Source of the DNA: an uncultured Candidatus Saccharibacteria bacterium
GTDB lineage: Bacteria; Patescibacteriota; Doudnabacteria; UBA920
Assembly (NCBI GenBank): GCA_964532425.1
Contig: CAZHIA010000003.1
Span: 117,365-181,364, forward strand
Reading direction: 5' to 3'
Length of the DNA: 64,000 nt
Position 1 is the first letter of the stretch. The number at the start of each line of letters is the position of its first letter. Positions 26,916 to 36,300 of this stretch are shown here, in pieces. Both the position numbers and the translations under genes were made by a program. The notes below the pieces were generated by a model. The model saw nothing but the letters and a program-made list of their open reading frames with translations, had not been told where the DNA came from and searched no databases.

Positions 26916-27593
26916 ATGAATGAACGCAATTACTTTATCCCAAAAAACCGCCCGGACTTGGAAGAATCAGAACCGTCGGTCGAAACCCGCGAAGTTAATG
27001 GCTTGGCCGAACTAGCCGAACTTGTGTATCAAGAGCGGCCAGCATACATCCACATTCCCGATGCACATTTCGTACCCGACCCCCAGCAGCTTTCCCTCGC
27101 CCTCCTAAAAGCCCTCAAAAGCAACCCCCGCTACCTGCCCGGCGAGGTCGGATTTTACGTGGAAGCCCTCTTTTCCGATGCCAACCCGCAGGAGGGCAAT
27201 TATTCCAGCGGGCTGATAGCATATGATGAAAACGGTCAGACCAAGTACCGCGAAACGCTGGAACAGGCAACTGCTCTGGACATTCCGCCGCACGGTATTG
27301 ATCTCAATAAGCGCATTGACCAGGAAGGCGAAGAACGCATGAGCCACTGGGTCCGGCAGATTGAGAAAGGGACGGAACCTATTAAAGTACTCCTCATAGG
27401 AGCTGGGCACATTTGGAACAACCCGAAAAAAACACCGGACCTTATGTACCGGCTTGATGGCAAACAGTGGGTTATCGAAAACACCAGAGCTTACAAAGCC
27501 CCCGGGTATTCCGGCGAGATGAGCCTGCATTTGAACGATCCAAGCATATCAAAAGCAGATTTCGTAGTGCTCACTTACGAAAAAGCCGAATAA
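26916..27593 (+). CDS. Hypothetical protein. The alternative start at 26898 would add 6 aa.
   Basis: A TATAAT box lies 6 nt before the ATG at 26916, so the transcript may be leaderless. Confidence 0.45.
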   Translation: MNERNYFIPKNRPDLEESEPSVETREVNGLAELAELVYQERPAYIHIPDAHFVPDPQQLSLALLKALKSNPRYLPGEVGFYVEALFSDANPQEGNYSSGLIAYDENGQTKYRETLEQATALDIPPHGIDLNKRIDQEGEERMSHWVRQIEKGTEPIKVLLIGAGHIWNNPKKTPDLMYRLDGKQWVIENTRAYKAPGYSGEMSLHLNDPSISKADFVVLTYEKAE

Positions 27594-27630
27594 AATACCC
27601 CTCGCACAGCCATTTACATATATCCCATTC

Positions 27631-28299
27631 ATGGAAAACCTGACCAACTTCTCCGCTTTTGCTGCCAGCCTCGGCGCGGCTCTTATCGCAATCTCTGCCC
27701 TTGGCTCTGTTAGCAACTGGATCAATGGCAGGTTTTTAAATTATAAGATCGTGTTCCTGCTCTACTACGTGGGCGCGTTAGTCCACGAAGCCTCTCACGC
27801 GATAGTGTGCTTGTTCACCGGCGCTAAAATACAGGAGTTCTCCGTGCTGGCCCGGCAACCGCACGTTACCTACCTCAAGCCAAAGCTGCCGATTGTCAGC
27901 AATATACTTATTTCGCTTGCTCCCATTGTGGGCGGCATCGGCTTTTTATATCTCGTCAACCGGTTCTGGCTAACAGGCGCATTTACCCTGCCTGAGCTTA
28001 ATTCAGTATCAGACCTGTGGCTTGCCCTCGGAAAACTCCTGGCACAGATCCGCATTTTCCATTGGCAAAGCTGGGTCATGATCCTGCTCTTTCTGAATGC
28101 CGGGGCTATGATCGGCCCTTCTGCGCGCGACCTCAAGAACATTTGGCCGGCACTCATTATACTACTCTTTGTCAGTCCGCCGTTCCTGGTTCACCTGGCC
28201 TTGCTCGCCATTCTGCTCATTCTGGCAAATATCGCAGTACAAATTATTCTAGGAACCGTTCTCGCGCTGCTCGGCCGTATGCACAGGGTACAGGCTTAA
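27631..28299 (+). CDS. Polytopic membrane protein with an intramembrane HExxH motif (M50/site-2-protease-like metalloprotease candidate).
   Basis: LVHEASHAIV within a TM helix; six or more hydrophobic segments. Confidence 0.45.
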   Translation: MENLTNFSAFAASLGAALIAISALGSVSNWINGRFLNYKIVFLLYYVGALVHEASHAIVCLFTGAKIQEFSVLARQPHVTYLKPKLPIVSNILISLAPIVGGIGFLYLVNRFWLTGAFTLPELNSVSDLWLALGKLLAQIRIFHWQSWVMILLFLNAGAMIGPSARDLKNIWPALIILLFVSPPFLVHLALLAILLILANIAVQIILGTVLALLGRMHRVQA

Positions 28300-28372
28300 C
28301 ATCGCAAGGCTCCCTGCATTCACAGGTTACACCAAAACTGCTACCATACCATTATGCAAAGGGGGATCTATA

Positions 28373-28822
28373 ATGAAACTGCACAGTTCGCTCGTGGCGA
28401 AAGGCATGCCGATAGAAATCGACCTGAACGATGTCAGTTTGAATGTTTGGAACAAGGTTACTGGGATCATTGCGGAATTCAACCTTGATACTGGTGATAA
28501 CTATCTGATCCTGCACCTGCCGGTAGCCAGACAATGCAAAATCCCAACCACCTCCCTTGAACCCGGCTCCTACACGCTCGTTTTGAACCTCAACGGTACT
28601 TCGCTTTGCTTTATCGAGGGAATCCTCATTGGAGTGTCGGACATGGAAAACCGCATCGATACATTTTCCGAGGCCATCCGCCTGCGCTCGCAGGCCGCTC
28701 ACTTGCCGCCGCACGAAAAAGCGGAAAAACTGCGCCAGGTCGAAACACTCTATCGATCGCTCGACCTCGAAGACCTCGCTGACATAGTCAGAGACGAGAT
28801 AGCAGAACTTGCCTGCAGCTAA
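28373..28822 (+). CDS. Hypothetical protein (149 aa).
   Basis: SD AAAGGGGGA; terminator at 28826-28856. Confidence 0.5.
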   Translation: MKLHSSLVAKGMPIEIDLNDVSLNVWNKVTGIIAEFNLDTGDNYLILHLPVARQCKIPTTSLEPGSYTLVLNLNGTSLCFIEGILIGVSDMENRIDTFSEAIRLRSQAAHLPPHEKAEKLRQVETLYRSLDLEDLADIVRDEIAELACS

Positions 28823-28825
28823 GCA

Positions 28826-28856
28826 GCGGCCCGGCTCATGCCCGGGCCGCTTTTTT
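28826..28856 (+). terminator. Rho-independent terminator gcggcccgg-ctcatgc-ccgggccgc + TTTTTTA.
   Basis: Seen directly in the sequence. Confidence 0.8.
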
Positions 28857-28863
28857 ATTTACT

Positions 28864-28908
28864 TGACAGCGGAAGTTAATTGATATATATTTGATATATC
28901 AATTAACT
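28864..28908 (+). promoter_or_regulatory. MarR promoter (TTGACA-17-TATATT) overlapped by a 15-bp-arm inverted repeat; putative autoregulatory operator.
   Basis: agttaattgatatat-atttg-atatatcaattaact. Confidence 0.6.
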
Positions 28909-28917
28909 ATCAAATTT

Positions 28918-29346
28918 ATGGAACCTTTCAGCCCCCAAGTAAAATTCTTTATTAACCTTGCCACGGTCCAATCGCAGGTTACCCGGCGCTTTGATCGCGG
29001 CCTGGGCGGTCTCGGCCTTTCGGAATTCATTATCCTACACGCAATCAGCTTGGCTCCAGCACAGCGGATGAGCCGGGTTGAATTGGCTGTAAAGGTCGGC
29101 CTGACGCCTTCCGGCGTTACCCGCCTGCTGCTGCCCATGGAAAAGATCGGACTCGTCAAGCGGGAAAATGACCCCCAAGACGCCCGCATTAGCCTGGTAG
29201 CAATGGCTCCGGGAGGACGGCGCAAACTCGAAGAATCTGCTGAGCGTGCCGAACTGCTGGCTGCAGAACTACTCCCCGCTTCCGCTATGAAGCAGCTGAA
29301 AGCTTTTTCATCCCTCCTGTCCGAAATGGGCGGCAAGATAGCATAA
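28918..29346 (+). CDS. MarR-family transcriptional regulator.
   Basis: Winged-helix block MSRVELAVKVGLTPSGVTRLLLPMEKIGLVKRENDPQDARISLVAM. Confidence 0.85.
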   Translation: MEPFSPQVKFFINLATVQSQVTRRFDRGLGGLGLSEFIILHAISLAPAQRMSRVELAVKVGLTPSGVTRLLLPMEKIGLVKRENDPQDARISLVAMAPGGRRKLEESAERAELLAAELLPASAMKQLKAFSSLLSEMGGKIA

Positions 29347-29399
29347 ATCCTTATACGTTTGAGGAAAAACTGCTATACTGGGAGCGCAAGGAGGATGCG

Positions 29400-29792
29400 G
29401 TGAGCAAAACTGCGCAAAAGACAATAGTCGATTTCGTCGTCGCAGTTCCGGAAAGCCAGGTCGGACAAAAATTGTACCCCGGCTACCGCTACACCCTCTT
29501 CATTCATGGACTGGACCAGGCTCCATTCCTCACACCGCCTTACCCCCGGCACAAAGACCCGGTCTGGATCAAAGATTTTGAGATCAGGCTGTGCTCTAGC
29601 CACATACAATTTGAATGCCAATCATTCACTTTAGCCCGGCAGCCCGACAGAAGGCCGCCGGTCATCAAAACATGGTTCGAGCTGCTCGACGGCAATGGCG
29701 AGACTGAGGTCCGCCTCTACGCTCTCCCTGAGCAGGAACTGACTCAGAAACTGCGAGTCGACTTTTCCCAGCCAGTACCGGTCCTTAACTGA
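29400..29792 (+). CDS. Hypothetical protein (copy 1 of a tandemly duplicated gene), GTG start.
   Basis: Shares the RBS context gcgcaaggaggatgcggtg and a cctgacagc...gctgtcagg terminator with copy 2. Paralogous over about 80 aa (YPGYRYTLFIHGLDQAPF vs LGRRYGLTIQGVDQTPF). Confidence 0.55.
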   Translation: MSKTAQKTIVDFVVAVPESQVGQKLYPGYRYTLFIHGLDQAPFLTPPYPRHKDPVWIKDFEIRLCSSHIQFECQSFTLARQPDRRPPVIKTWFELLDGNGETEVRLYALPEQELTQKLRVDFSQPVPVLN

Positions 29793-29863
29793 CAGCCACG
29801 GCTGTCAGTTTTTCTTTGCGCTGAGCTAGATAAGGTATATAATGGAGGCGCAAGGAGGATGCG

Positions 29864-30241
29864 GTGGAAGGGACTATCTTTGAACTTTTCCTGGATGTTC
29901 CCGATGACGAATCGGGTCAACCGCTTCAATTAGGACGAAGATACGGATTGACCATTCAAGGAGTGGATCAAACCCCGTTTTTCGACCAACCGTATCCAAA
30001 CGCAACACCTCCTGCCTGGATCAGAGACTATCAGATAAATTTTTTTTCGCCAGATATCATATTCGGTCTCCCAGCAGTCGTTCTCACCCGCCAGTCCGAT
30101 GGCGGCCTCCCCTTCATTGAAACGTGGTGTGAGCTCGTTAAACCTCGGGGCTTGGTTGAAATCCTTGTCTTCCAACTGCCGGAGTTCAAGCTCGTGCAAG
30201 TCCTCCGCTTCCATTTCAGGACCAACTGTGGTCCTGCCTGA
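29864..30241 (+). CDS. Hypothetical protein (copy 2 of the tandem duplication), GTG start.
   Basis: See copy 1. Terminator cctgacagc-gcaa-gctgtcagg at 30238-30262. Confidence 0.55.
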   Translation: MEGTIFELFLDVPDDESGQPLQLGRRYGLTIQGVDQTPFFDQPYPNATPPAWIRDYQINFFSPDIIFGLPAVVLTRQSDGGLPFIETWCELVKPRGLVEILVFQLPEFKLVQVLRFHFRTNCGPA

Positions 30242-30391
30242 CAGCGCAAGCTGTCAGGTTTATTAGTTTATTACTCCAGAATGCGTTCGTGCTACAATAG
30301 CATTAACGGCGTTCGCAAAATTCCGTTCAAGGATCCCGCTCCGGGATATTACGCTCACGGATAACGCCTACTCTATATTTGCGGAGGACGC

Positions 30392-31153
30392 ATGTACCGC
30401 TCTTATTTTTTTATACTCTGCCTCATGCCCGCTGCGGCAATGCAGGCGGATTCTGATAAGACCGAAGCAAAGGTTCGCACAGAGATCGATGTCGCACGCT
30501 ATCTCATCAACCATCCCAGACCGGAACATCTGTTCTCCAGCCCCTACCTGGTTTCCGCGCTGTATTATCGCGCAAACTTTGCGGCAGAGCACCGTACCTG
30601 CACGGCAACCGGTTCCACCTGCCGCATTATCCTGGCAATCAAGCAAATGATAACACCGGCATACCGGGACTGGTTCATGCAGACGCTCCGCTCCATGGCC
30701 ACAGCGCAAGAACAACAATTCCAGCTTACCCCGCCGCTCCAATCGATGTATTACAAAAAGAGCAGGCGGAGCCATCCGAATGCAGCTGATTTGTTCAGCC
30801 CCGAAGGTTCACCCGTAACCGCAGCGGCTGGCGGCATCATCGTACTGGCGGAAGACGGCTGGACGGAACAGGACCAGTTCTCAACCAGCTCTCCGAATGG
30901 CGGGAATACGGTCATCGAATTCGTGCCGCATAAAAATCTTTTTATCCGGTATGCGCATTTAGGCTCGGTTGCCGTACGCCCGGGAAGTTTTGTTTCCCGG
31001 GGAGATACTCTGGGTACTGTTGGTCACTCCGGACTCAACGCCTGCCGCCGCGGACACGGCGGCCACCTGCATCTGGAGATAAACCAATATAACCAGGTGC
31101 AGCGGTCAATCAGCGCCTTCAGCGCCGGACAAATCATCGCCGCGCTTCGATAA
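30392..31153 (+). CDS. M23-family (LytM-domain) metallopeptidase with a signal peptide.
   Basis: HPNAADLF...YAHLGSVAVRPGSFVSRGDTLGTVGHSG...HLHLEI (HxxxD / HxH). Confidence 0.85.
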   Translation: MYRSYFFILCLMPAAAMQADSDKTEAKVRTEIDVARYLINHPRPEHLFSSPYLVSALYYRANFAAEHRTCTATGSTCRIILAIKQMITPAYRDWFMQTLRSMATAQEQQFQLTPPLQSMYYKKSRRSHPNAADLFSPEGSPVTAAAGGIIVLAEDGWTEQDQFSTSSPNGGNTVIEFVPHKNLFIRYAHLGSVAVRPGSFVSRGDTLGTVGHSGLNACRRGHGGHLHLEINQYNQVQRSISAFSAGQIIAALR

Positions 31154-31171
31154 TTCTCTTGTCAGAACACA

Positions 31172-31199
31172 ACAGGCACCTTCGCGGTGCCTGTTTTTA
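31172..31199 (+). terminator. Rho-independent terminator acaggcacc-ttcgc-ggtgcctgt + TTTTT.
   Basis: Seen directly in the sequence. Confidence 0.8.
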
Positions 31200-31245
31200 G
31201 TATACTGCCCAGATCATGAAAAATCAGGTATACTCCCTATAGCAA

Positions 31246-31869
31246 ATGAAAACAGCGCCAAAACCAATCATCGATCGCATTTTTTCCTCCTCCACCGACG
31301 TCCTGCTGGTGTTTCTTTCGTTTTGGGTCACAGTCCTGGCTGTACGCGGAATAATCTTCTGGTCGGTCAGGCGCGGCACGATTCCCGCAATCTTCATCAA
31401 CGGCTGGCACGTGCACCACTTTATTACCGGGTTCGTACTGCTGATCATTGCCCTGGTTCTCTACTATAAAAAAATTTGGTCGCACCATATACCGTTGGTT
31501 CTGCTCGGATGCGGTCTGGCATTAGTCTTTGACGAATGCCTGTTCTGGACGAGAGGCCACTTCAATTATTGGAGCATGATCAACCTGTTTGCCGTAGCCC
31601 TTACCGGCCTGTTACTTGCTGGATCATACCAATATTCACGCCAGTCGCAGCTTCTCCACCCCCTACCCATCCGGTCAGAGGTCAAGCAGTGGTCAATAGT
31701 CCTCTTGCCCGTTGTTTTGGCCAGCCTGTTGCTGCTCAACTGGTTCTCTTTCCACAATTTGACCGCAGCCAGCGCCGCAAACCGTCTCATACCTCGCGTG
31801 CTGCGGGTCGCTCGACCCGCACAGCAATTCGCGCCGAACACCCAAGCGAGCGGGAACTATCCACGATAA
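31246..31869 (+). CDS. Hypothetical polytopic membrane protein.
   Basis: Five to six TM helices. Confidence 0.5.
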   Translation: MKTAPKPIIDRIFSSSTDVLLVFLSFWVTVLAVRGIIFWSVRRGTIPAIFINGWHVHHFITGFVLLIIALVLYYKKIWSHHIPLVLLGCGLALVFDECLFWTRGHFNYWSMINLFAVALTGLLLAGSYQYSRQSQLLHPLPIRSEVKQWSIVLLPVVLASLLLLNWFSFHNLTAASAANRLIPRVLRVARPAQQFAPNTQASGNYPR

Positions 31870-31938
31870 CTATCTGTCCGACTACCCAACCAAGCAACTG
31901 CGCAATGGTATACTAGTATTAAAGTAAGCCTCAAGACT

Positions 31939-32325
31939 ATGGACTCTTCTGGACAGAAACAACAAAACACGGGAGATCGTCCGTTTGCGGTCATCGTACT
32001 GCTCGCCATTGCCTGCATAGCTGCGCTGTGGTGGTTTTTGACTGACCTTCACCAAACCTACCGGATTGTCCGGCTGCACGAAACCATAGGCTCAAGGGCC
32101 CAACACCTCACTCCGTCTGACATCCAACCCTGGATGACCTTTGAATACGTCAATAGGGTCTTCAAACTGCCGCCTGAATACCTCAAGGCCCGCCTGAGCA
32201 TAAAAGACCGGCACTATCCCCGCCTACAGATCAACCATTACGCAAACACAAACCGGCTCGACGTACACCAGGCCATTCAAAGCGTACGCACCGCAGTCGA
32301 AGAGTACCAATCAATAAAAAAATAG
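31939..32325 (+). CDS. Hypothetical membrane-anchored protein.
   Basis: Single N-terminal TM helix. Confidence 0.5.
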   Translation: MDSSGQKQQNTGDRPFAVIVLLAIACIAALWWFLTDLHQTYRIVRLHETIGSRAQHLTPSDIQPWMTFEYVNRVFKLPPEYLKARLSIKDRHYPRLQINHYANTNRLDVHQAIQSVRTAVEEYQSIKK

Positions 32326-32339
32326 AAAATTTAGGCATG

Positions 32340-32415
32340 GTATCATAATCTTTTTATTTTTCTATTTTCTATTTTTTTATCTGGTTTCTATCTTTTTATC
32401 TTTCTATCATTATCG
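32340..32415. repeat. A/T-rich 7-bp-periodic tandem repeats (ttttcta ttttcta ttttttt atctggt ttctatc tttttat ctttcta).
   Basis: Seen in the sequence. Related in composition to 58505-58572. Confidence 0.55.
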
Positions 32416-32420
32416 TCTCC

Positions 32421-33056
32421 ATGGATTTCCTTCTCCAGCCGATCCTGGCTTACCTTCTCCTCTACAAATACTGGGCACTGTTCCTGGTCACGTTTCTGTC
32501 CGCTATCGCCCTCCCACTCCCTTCCGCTCCCAGCCTCATGGCTGCGGCGGCATTTGCCGGACAGGGCTACTTCAACATTGCCGCAGTCGTGCTGGTCGCA
32601 ACTGCAGGCAACATTGCAGGAGACCTGATCTGCTACCTCCTCGCCCGTAAGTACGGCCGGCCGGTTTTGGTTCGTCTGGGATTTAAGCGCTTCCTGGAGT
32701 CCCCCACCTACGACTGGATACAGGATGAATTTCGGGAGTACCGTTTTTGGGCGGTGTTTTTGAGCCGTATCAATGTCCTGACCACCATTACCGTCAATAT
32801 TGTTGCTGGATTGACCCGCATGCCGTTAAAGACGTTTTTTTATTACGCTTTGCTTGGCGAAACGGTTCAGGTGCTATTCTATACAGCTATCGGGTACGCC
32901 TTTGGCAGCAACTGGCAGGCCATTTACGGCATCTTCGGCCGGTTTACGGTAGTGCTGATATTAGCCATTCTGCTGCTCATGACCATGGCTTCCAACAAAA
33001 TCCAAAAACGGCTGGCTCGTCGAAGGCGGGCGCATATTGCAGCAAGACAACGATAA
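32421..33056 (+). CDS. DedA/TVP38-family membrane protein.
   Basis: LFLVTFLSAIALPLPS...GNIAGDLICYLLARKYGRP...FLSRINVLTTITVNIVAG. Confidence 0.75.
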   Translation: MDFLLQPILAYLLLYKYWALFLVTFLSAIALPLPSAPSLMAAAAFAGQGYFNIAAVVLVATAGNIAGDLICYLLARKYGRPVLVRLGFKRFLESPTYDWIQDEFREYRFWAVFLSRINVLTTITVNIVAGLTRMPLKTFFYYALLGETVQVLFYTAIGYAFGSNWQAIYGIFGRFTVVLILAILLLMTMASNKIQKRLARRRRAHIAARQR

Positions 33057-33160
33057 TCCTACACAAGCACGCCGCAATGTCCTTGCAGGCATCGCCAAAG
33101 AGCCTTTGAAAGTTTTTCATCTTTATTTTGTATTAATGTAAGCAGCCCCCGTTTTCCACT

Positions 33161-33733
33161 ATGCAAGACCTTAACCAAGACAAAACCGACGAAGAATTGG
33201 TCAGCCTTGTAAAGGAAGGTGACATTGACCGGTTCGGCGAGCTGGTGGAACGGTATGAAAAAAAGATCCAACGGTACGGCAACCGCTTTCTTTCCGGAAG
33301 CAACAGCCTCGAAGACATCGTCCAGGAAATCTTCCTAAAAGCCTACCGTAATATCCAGAGTTTTGATGTTTCGAGGAAATTCTCGTCCTGGCTCTACCGC
33401 ATCGCACACAATGAGTTCATCAATGAGTGGAAAAAGAACAGCAGGAGCCACTTCACTTTTATGGACCCCGAGCTGCTGGCAATACATCCGGCTCCAGAAA
33501 ATCCCCCCGGCGAATACGAGCGGCAAGAAATTGCCCGCATGCTCGAACACTCTCTCAGCCGCGTGGAAGAGAAGTACCGTGAAATTCTGATCCTGTATTT
33601 CCAAGAGGATTTTTCGTACAAGGAGATCGCCGATATTCTCCAGATTCCCGTCGCCACGGTCGGCGTGCGCCTGCAGCGCGGAAAAGTACGTCTCAAAAAA
33701 GCATTTGATTCATTCGATAATTCAAAAATTTAA
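33161..33733 (+). CDS. ECF-subfamily RNA polymerase sigma-70 factor.
   Basis: Region 2 (FGELVERYEKKIQRYGNRFL...EDIVQEIFLKAYRNIQSF...FSSWLYRIAHNEFIN) and region 4 (YKEIADILQIPVATVGVRLQRGKVRLK). Confidence 0.85.
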   Translation: MQDLNQDKTDEELVSLVKEGDIDRFGELVERYEKKIQRYGNRFLSGSNSLEDIVQEIFLKAYRNIQSFDVSRKFSSWLYRIAHNEFINEWKKNSRSHFTFMDPELLAIHPAPENPPGEYERQEIARMLEHSLSRVEEKYREILILYFQEDFSYKEIADILQIPVATVGVRLQRGKVRLKKAFDSFDNSKI

Positions 33734-33769
33734 TATTTAAATTTTTAATTTAAATTTTTAAATACTTTT

Positions 33770-34495
33770 ATGGCTTCAGAACCGGCCACCCAAAATTCGC
33801 TGAAAGACTCTATCTTAAGCAAGATCAAGCACGGGGACGTGAAAATGCACTCCCGCGGGTATTTTGCCGCGCAACTGGCCGCCATTGTTACAGTCGTCAG
33901 TTTAGTGCTCCTGCTGACCATCCTTGCTACCAGTTTTCTGGTGTTCACATTGCGGTCGAGCGGACGACTGTTCCTGCCGGGCTTTGGTTGGTCAGGCATA
34001 GGCATTTTCCTCACCACCTTCCCCTGGCTGATACTGTTTGCCGTCCTGGTATTTGCGGTTGCCACGGAATTGCTGATCAAGCGGTTTTCCTACCGCCGCC
34101 CGTTCGTCTATTCGTTCCTGGGCTTGCTGGCCGGAGCAGCAGTGTTCGGTACGCTCATTGCACTCACCTCTGTCCATCCGTACATCTCACGCCAGGCTCG
34201 TGAGCACCAGTTTCCCGTAGCTGGCGATCTCTATCGCAGGTACGAGCATGAGCCGCGGGCGGATTTCCACCATGGGATCATTAAAAAAATGGAAGCTGGG
34301 CAATTTGTCATTCACACCGACGAAGGAGAATGCATTGTCATCCCGAACCCCAAGCAGCAGACAGCCAACCTGGATGTGGGAGACGAGGTATTCGTCATGG
34401 GTCCGGAAAACGACCGGATCATCCGGGCTTCCGATATCCGCAATGTCAGCGACGATTCCTGGTTCCAAAAAGTCTTCCCGTTTGACCTGAAATAA
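33770..34495 (+). CDS. Membrane protein directly downstream of the ECF sigma factor; putative anti-sigma factor.
   Basis: Called by position plus TM helices; there is no diagnostic motif. Confidence 0.4.
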   Translation: MASEPATQNSLKDSILSKIKHGDVKMHSRGYFAAQLAAIVTVVSLVLLLTILATSFLVFTLRSSGRLFLPGFGWSGIGIFLTTFPWLILFAVLVFAVATELLIKRFSYRRPFVYSFLGLLAGAAVFGTLIALTSVHPYISRQAREHQFPVAGDLYRRYEHEPRADFHHGIIKKMEAGQFVIHTDEGECIVIPNPKQQTANLDVGDEVFVMGPENDRIIRASDIRNVSDDSWFQKVFPFDLK

Positions 34496-34613
34496 AAACC
34501 CAAAAACATTGTATTACTCAGTGAATCCCATATAATGCCGGATTTCCGGCATTTTTAAGCATTTACTTTCATTTAGCATTCTTACTGCCCTCGCGGACTT
34601 TGATACATAAAAC

Positions 34614-34655
34614 ACACATTCCATTTTTGTCCGGTCGGACAAAAATGGAATGTGT
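34614..34655. promoter_or_regulatory. 42-bp near-perfect palindrome (20-bp arms) acacattccatttttgtccg-gt-cggacaaaaatggaatgtgt upstream of the FMN-binding protein gene.
   Basis: Seen in the sequence; no T-run follows, so it is not a canonical terminator. Confidence 0.55.
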
Positions 34656-34680
34656 AACTCTCACCGCGTACATCTCACGT

Positions 34681-35235
34681 ATGAAAAAATATATTCTCTC
34701 CATTTCTATTACCGTGCTATTCATCGCCTATATATTCTGGCAGCGCCAGGCAGATTCGAACAGTCCAAGCCTGCCGCCAGCTGTTATTCCCGGCACGCAG
34801 TCTCCGATCTCGCAGTCGAACCAAGTGGCAAGCAGCAGAAGCAGCACTCCCAGTACCGACACCGGCGCACCAGCCCAGCAGCCAGCGGCCCAGCAAGCGC
34901 CAAGCCAGCAGCCGGCGGGCCAACCCGCCCAAGCACCAACCGCCACTTCCGGGGCATTTAAAGACGGCACGTATACCGGTCCGAGCGTGGATGCCTACTA
35001 CGGGTATGTCCAGGTTCAGGCCATCGTCTCCGGCGGCAAGCTGACCAACGTACAATTCCTCAGTTACCCGAATGACCGGCGGACTTCGCAGCAGATCAAC
35101 GGCCAGGCTATGCCGCTGTTGACCCAAGAAGCCATTTCCGCGCAAAGTGCCAATGTCGATGCAGTCTCCGGCGCCTCAGACACGAGCGCAGCCTTTGTCC
35201 AATCACTCGGCGCGGCGTTGGCACAAGCCAAGTAA
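34681..35235 (+). CDS. Extracytoplasmic FMN-binding domain protein (NqrC/RnfG-like), a likely flavinylation substrate.
   Basis: Signal/TM helix, a Pro/Gln/Ala-rich linker, then DGTYTG...YYGYVQVQAIVSGGKLTNVQFL...DAVSGASDTS (FMN_bind). Confidence 0.7.
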   Translation: MKKYILSISITVLFIAYIFWQRQADSNSPSLPPAVIPGTQSPISQSNQVASSRSSTPSTDTGAPAQQPAAQQAPSQQPAGQPAQAPTATSGAFKDGTYTGPSVDAYYGYVQVQAIVSGGKLTNVQFLSYPNDRRTSQQINGQAMPLLTQEAISAQSANVDAVSGASDTSAAFVQSLGAALAQAK

Positions 35236-35409
35236 ATGACAAAAAATAAGTAAAACCACTGCAAACGGTCAACGGTTTTCGGTAGCGCCGCGCGTATCGG
35301 CAATCGTTATTCGGCAAGCGGCCGCTCCTCACTTCGCATACCGAATACCGAAACGCGCCGCCCCGCCGAATAACGAGTTATGAGGTATTCTATTTTTATC
35401 ATTTCCCCT

Positions 35410-36156
35410 ATGAAGATTCTTCGCCTTACCATGGGCATGCCGGCGACGGTAGAAATTCGCGATACAGATGGAGCACGTGCAGACGCAGCCATCGGCAAAG
35501 TATTTGAATATTTCTCCGAAATAGACCAGCGGTTCAGCACTTACAAACCGGACAGCGAGATTAGCCGTATCAACCGCGGAGAACTCGAATGGGCAGACAT
35601 CAGTCCGGAAACGAAGGATATTCTTGCCCGGTCGCAGCAGACCAAGGAAGAAACGGCTGGTTACTTTAATATCCGGCGTCCGGACGGCTCTTTGGATCCT
35701 TCCGGCTTGGTAAAAGGCTGGGCTATTTGGCAAGCAGCCAAGCTGCTTGAGAATCTCGGGTTCCAACAGTTCATTGTCGACATCGGCGGAGACATTCAGG
35801 CCAAATCCCTTACCGCCGGTAGCTGGAAAATTGGCGTCCGCAATCCGTTCAATCGCGAACAAAACGTGAAGATTCTCACCCTCGGTAACGAAGGAATCGC
35901 TACGTCCGGCACTGCTATCCGCGGGCAACACATTTATAATCCTCACGAGCCAAAACAGCCCATTACCGACATTGCCAGCTTGACCGTAGTCGGCCCGAAC
36001 GTCTACGAGGCCGACCGATTTGCCACCGCCGCTTTTGCCATGGGCGCGGACGGAATCCGGTTTATCGAATCCGTTCCGGGCCTGGAAGCGTATATGATCG
36101 ACAAGGACGGCATAGCGACGATGACAACGGGGTTCGGGAAATACGTCCAAGAATAA
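35410..36156 (+). CDS. apbE: FAD:protein FMN transferase (ApbE family).
   Basis: ApbE signature blocks MPATVEI, SRINRGE, DPSGLVKGWA and IGGDI. The upstream in-frame ATG at 35380 is an alternative start. Confidence 0.85.
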   Translation: MKILRLTMGMPATVEIRDTDGARADAAIGKVFEYFSEIDQRFSTYKPDSEISRINRGELEWADISPETKDILARSQQTKEETAGYFNIRRPDGSLDPSGLVKGWAIWQAAKLLENLGFQQFIVDIGGDIQAKSLTAGSWKIGVRNPFNREQNVKILTLGNEGIATSGTAIRGQHIYNPHEPKQPITDIASLTVVGPNVYEADRFATAAFAMGADGIRFIESVPGLEAYMIDKDGIATMTTGFGKYVQE

Positions 36157-36268
36157 CAAATATCAAATCTCAAATAACCAATCAATAACAAATCTTTAAA
36201 TTTCAAATTCAGGGAATTGTCATTAAATATTCATTTGAAATTTGATATTTGATATTTGAAATTCATTT
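36157..36268. repeat. Inverted heptamer-array element: tatcaaa-type 7-mers (left) and tttgata/tttgaaa 7-mers (right) in the same 7-bp phase.
   Basis: caaatat caaatct caaataa ccaatca ... tttgaaa tttgata tttgata tttgaaa; the right units are the reverse complement of the left units. Confidence 0.65.
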
Positions 36269-36300
36269 CTAACCAAACTCCTGCGGGACAACATTGATAC

